Below are positions 61,152-64,000 of a stretch of DNA of 64,000 nt, one piece after another (positions within the stretch are counted from its first letter, which is position 1; every line of letters starts with the position of its first letter). A program made the translations under genes and the position numbers. The DNA lies in NCBI GenBank assembly GCA_964538625.1, contig CAZIGH010000026.1, positions 4,902 through 68,901 on the forward strand, read 5' to 3'. A model generated the notes under the pieces. That model did no database searches. It was not told the DNA's origin and saw only the letters and a list, made by a program, of their open reading frames with translations. The stretch comes from an uncultured Verrucomicrobiaceae bacterium (GTDB lineage Bacteria; Verrucomicrobiota; Verrucomicrobiia; Verrucomicrobiales; Verrucomicrobiaceae).

Positions 61152-62870
61152 ATGAAGGGGCTTATCTCCGTCACCGTTGCCATTTTTCAGGATCGCACCA
61201 GCCGGACCAAGATCAAGTCACTGCTCCGGCTGCTTGCTTTGCTGGCGGGTCTGGTCGTCACCTTCAGCGTGCTCTTCCACGTCATCATGGCTTGGGAGGG
61301 GCGCGACCACTCGTGGATCACCGGTTTTTACTGGACGCTCACCGTCATGACCACGCTCGGCTTTGGTGACATCACCTTCACCACGGATTTGGGCAGGCTC
61401 TTCTCCGTCGGCGTGCTGCTCACCGGTGTCATTTTTATGCTGGTGCTGCTGCCCTTCACCTTCATCGAGTTCTTCTATGCGCCCTGGATGAGAGCAGAGG
61501 CGGCAGCTCGTGCGCCGCGCGAGCTCCCACCCACGACGAAAAATCACGTCATCCTCACGGCATACGATCCGGTGACGGCCACCTTGATCCCCATGCTGGA
61601 GCGCTATGACCACCCCTACGTGCTGCTCTGCCCTACCGTCCAGGAGGCACTGGACCTCGCTGAGCGGGATTTGCGCGTCGCCGTAGGGGACCTCGACGAC
61701 CCGGAGACCCATCGCAGGATGCGCATTGAGCACGCCTCCATGCTGGTCACCACCCGCACCGACGCGGTGAATACCAACGTCACCTTCACCGCACGTGCCT
61801 TGTCCGAGCACCTGCCCATCGTGGCCTCGGCAAGCAGTGATGCAGCGCGGGATGTGCTGGAGCTTGCCGGAGCCACCCATGTGCTCAGACTGGAGGATCT
61901 CATGGGACAGGCGCTTGCACGCAGGGTCAGCATCCAGGACTCGGACGCCCATGTCATCGGTCGGCTGGAGGGCCTCCTCATCGCCGAAGCTTCTGCCGCA
62001 GGTACCAGCCTGGTGGGACGGGTGCTTGCTGAAAGTCAGATCCGTTCCCGCACCGGCGTCAGCATCATCGGCACCTGGGAGCGCGGTTCACTGGCGCTCG
62101 CCCCGCCAGACCTCCGCATCACTGACCGAACCATCTTTGTCCTCGCCGGCACCGAGGAGCAGATTCACAGCTTCAACCAAACCTTCTCCACCCAGGCACA
62201 GGAAAAGCCACGCGTGGTCATCGTGGGCGGTGGGCGGGTCGGGCGTGCCACCTGCCGTGCCCTTGGCGAGATGGGGGTCTGCACCACGGTGCTCATCGAG
62301 CGAAACGCCGATCGTGTGAAGGACTTCCCAGAGGCCATCATCGGCGACGCCATGGACATGACCGTGCTCAAAGAGGCAAACGCCCGTGAGGCCACCACAC
62401 TCATCATCACCACCCATGATGACGATATGAATGTGGCGCTGACCATTTTCTTCCGTCGGCTTCGGACTTCATGGCAAATCCTCTCTCGTGCCACCCATGA
62501 CCGCAATGTCGCCACCTTGCTCCGCGCTGGGGCAGACCTCGTGCTCTCTTACGCCGCCATGGGTGCCAACACCCTGCTCAACGTGCTGCGCGGCTCAGAT
62601 CACCTCCTGCTCGCAGAGGGCGTGAACGTCTTCCCCGCAGACATCCCCGCTTCCATGGCAGGCAAAACCTTGGCCGAACTCCATGTGCGCTCGCAGACAG
62701 GGTGCAGCATCATCGCTGTGGAAACAGGGGGCGAGCGCATCGTCAATCCCTCCGCAGAACATCGGCTTCCCGCATCTGGACGCATTTTCCTTGTGGGCAC
62801 TATCGATGCCGAAGAGCGCTTCTTGAAGCAGTTCAAGCCAGCGCTCAGGGCGAAAAAAGCTCGCAGCTGA
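61152..62870 (+). CDS. Potassium channel with two RCK (TrkA-N/TrkA-C) domains
   Basis: Selectivity filter TLGFGD. Second RCK has VVIVGGGRVGRA. The start is placed at ATG 61152 (MKGLISV). Confidence 0.85.
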   Translation: MKGLISVTVAIFQDRTSRTKIKSLLRLLALLAGLVVTFSVLFHVIMAWEGRDHSWITGFYWTLTVMTTLGFGDITFTTDLGRLFSVGVLLTGVIFMLVLLPFTFIEFFYAPWMRAEAAARAPRELPPTTKNHVILTAYDPVTATLIPMLERYDHPYVLLCPTVQEALDLAERDLRVAVGDLDDPETHRRMRIEHASMLVTTRTDAVNTNVTFTARALSEHLPIVASASSDAARDVLELAGATHVLRLEDLMGQALARRVSIQDSDAHVIGRLEGLLIAEASAAGTSLVGRVLAESQIRSRTGVSIIGTWERGSLALAPPDLRITDRTIFVLAGTEEQIHSFNQTFSTQAQEKPRVVIVGGGRVGRATCRALGEMGVCTTVLIERNADRVKDFPEAIIGDAMDMTVLKEANAREATTLIITTHDDDMNVALTIFFRRLRTSWQILSRATHDRNVATLLRAGADLVLSYAAMGANTLLNVLRGSDHLLLAEGVNVFPADIPASMAGKTLAELHVRSQTGCSIIAVETGGERIVNPSAEHRLPASGRIFLVGTIDAEERFLKQFKPALRAKKARS

Positions 62871-62963
62871 TCCTCACCGATCCTTCGCGCAGAGCCTAAA
62901 GGAAGACATTTTTTCGTCCCGGAGCACAAAATCTCTCGACCACACCCCAAAAACACGCTTTTC

Positions 62964-62977
62964 TGTTCAGGCGAACA
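62964..62977. promoter_or_regulatory. Candidate LexA operator TGTTC-AGGC-GAACA upstream of recA
   Basis: A perfect 5-bp inverted repeat with a 4-nt spacer lies 35 nt upstream of the recA ATG. It matches the TGTTC-N4-GAACA palindrome that I recall being reported for Verrucomicrobia LexA. Confidence 0.6.
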
Positions 62978-63011
62978 TCATTTAATCCACCTCGAACACC
63001 TCAAAAGACCC

Positions 63012-64000
63012 ATGGCCAAGGCACCCAAAAACACGGACAGCGATTCTGATTCCGGAACAAAGAAACTTGCCGAGGCACGTGCCAGAAACCTGGACCTCGC
63101 CATTCAGCAGATTCAGAAAGATTATGGCGAAGGTGCCATCCTCCGCATGGGAGACAATACCAAGCACGAGGTGAGCGTCATCCCCACCGGGAACCTGCTC
63201 ATTGATCAGGCGCTCGGCGTGGGCGGGTTCGCACGCGGTCGAATCATCGAGATCTTCGGACCGGAATCCTCCGGTAAGACGACCCTCACCCTCACCGCCA
63301 TCGCCCAGGCACAGAAGGCCGGCGGTCTGGCCGCGTTCATTGATGTGGAGCACGCACTGGACCCCGCCTATGCCCGTAGGCTCGGCGTCAATGTGGACGA
63401 GCTGCTCGTCTCCCAGCCGTCGTCTGGTGAGGAGGCACTGAGGATTTGTGAAACCCTCGTCCGCTCCAATGCCCTTGATGTCGTCGTGCTGGACTCCGTC
63501 GCGGCGCTTGTCACCCGGCAGGAACTGGAGGGTGAGATAGGAGACTCCACCGTGGGAGCACAAGCCCGCCTCATGAGTGCCGCCATGAGAAAGCTCACCT
63601 CCATCATCGCCAAGGCGCGCACTTGTGCCATCTTCACCAACCAGATCCGTGAAAAGATCGGCGTCATGTTCGGCAATCCCGAGACCACACCGGGCGGACG
63701 CGCCCTCAAGTTCTACTCCTCCGTGCGCGTGGACATTCGCCGCATCGGAGCCATCAAGTCTAGTGATGGCACCGTCACCGGCAACCGGACCAAGCTCAAA
63801 GTGGTGAAGAACAAGCTCGCACCACCCTACACCGAGGCGGAGTTCGACATCATGTACAATGAGGGCATATCGACCATCGGCAGCCTCCTGGATCTCGCAC
63901 TTGAGTTCGACATCCTCCAGAAGCGCGGTTCATGGATCAGCTACAATGGCACCCAAGTAGGTCAGGGCCGGGATGCGGTGAAAGACATCCTCAAGGGCGA
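63012..64000 (+). CDS. recA: Recombinase RecA (3' end beyond the window)
   Basis: Absent from the ORF track. My translation gives ...[88 protein letters not shown]... Confidence 0.97.
   Translation, partial: MAKAPKNTDSDSDSGTKKLAEARARNLDLAIQQIQKDYGEGAILRMGDNTKHEVSVIPTGNLLIDQALGVGGFARGRIIEIFGPESSGKTTLTLTAIAQAQKAGGLAAFIDVEHALDPAYARRLGVNVDELLVSQPSSGEEALRICETLVRSNALDVVVLDSVAALVTRQELEGEIGDSTVGAQARLMSAAMRKLTSIIAKARTCAIFTNQIREKIGVMFGNPETTPGGRALKFYSSVRVDIRRIGAIKSSDGTVTGNRTKLKVVKNKLAPPYTEAEFDIMYNEGISTIGSLLDLALEFDILQKRGSWISYNGTQVGQGRDAVKDILKG

Overview
GC-rich, gene-dense bacterial chromosomal segment with about 60 protein genes. I recognised no rRNA, tRNA, CRISPR array, transposase or integrase. Gene content points to a Verrucomicrobia/PVC-type genome: a PVC-type CxxCH heme-binding dehydrogenase, an SHD1-domain heparinase-like protein, an ECF sigma factor paired with a Ser/Thr kinase, a Tat-signal TIM-barrel isomerase, and a TGTTC-N4-GAACA palindrome in front of recA. 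The housekeeping backbone is mazG, rpmH-rnpA-yidD-yidC-jag, an ExbB/ExbD pair, and a Tol-Pal operon (tolQ-DUF3147-tolR-tolA-like-tolB-pal) that runs on into queF and an esterase. It continues with ychF, a histidine kinase/LuxR-type regulator pair, proS, envelope/LPS genes, a sulfatase, a P1B ATPase, an RCK K+ channel and recA (partial at the window end). The best candidate for an undescribed system is at 28.7-37.3 kb. There, a carrier-protein/condensation fusion, a stand-alone adenylating enzyme and a flavin-dependent halogenase (WxWxIP, FxxPxxSxG, Lys) form a compact cassette with no PKS/NRPS partner. This cassette converges on a translationally coupled transporter-kinase-aldolase-patatin operon, which carries a perfect 466-bp head-to-tail tandem duplication across the kinase/aldolase junction. 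Other points worth a second look: an in-frame TAG splitting a VOC/glyoxalase gene, a lower-GC ~400-nt intergenic region with strand-specific RNA-like helices, an N-terminally truncated rlmB-like gene, an LpxL-heptosyltransferase fusion, and a secreted Fn3 protein with an unassigned C-terminal module. All family assignments come from motifs read by eye in the supplied translations. No database search was run.
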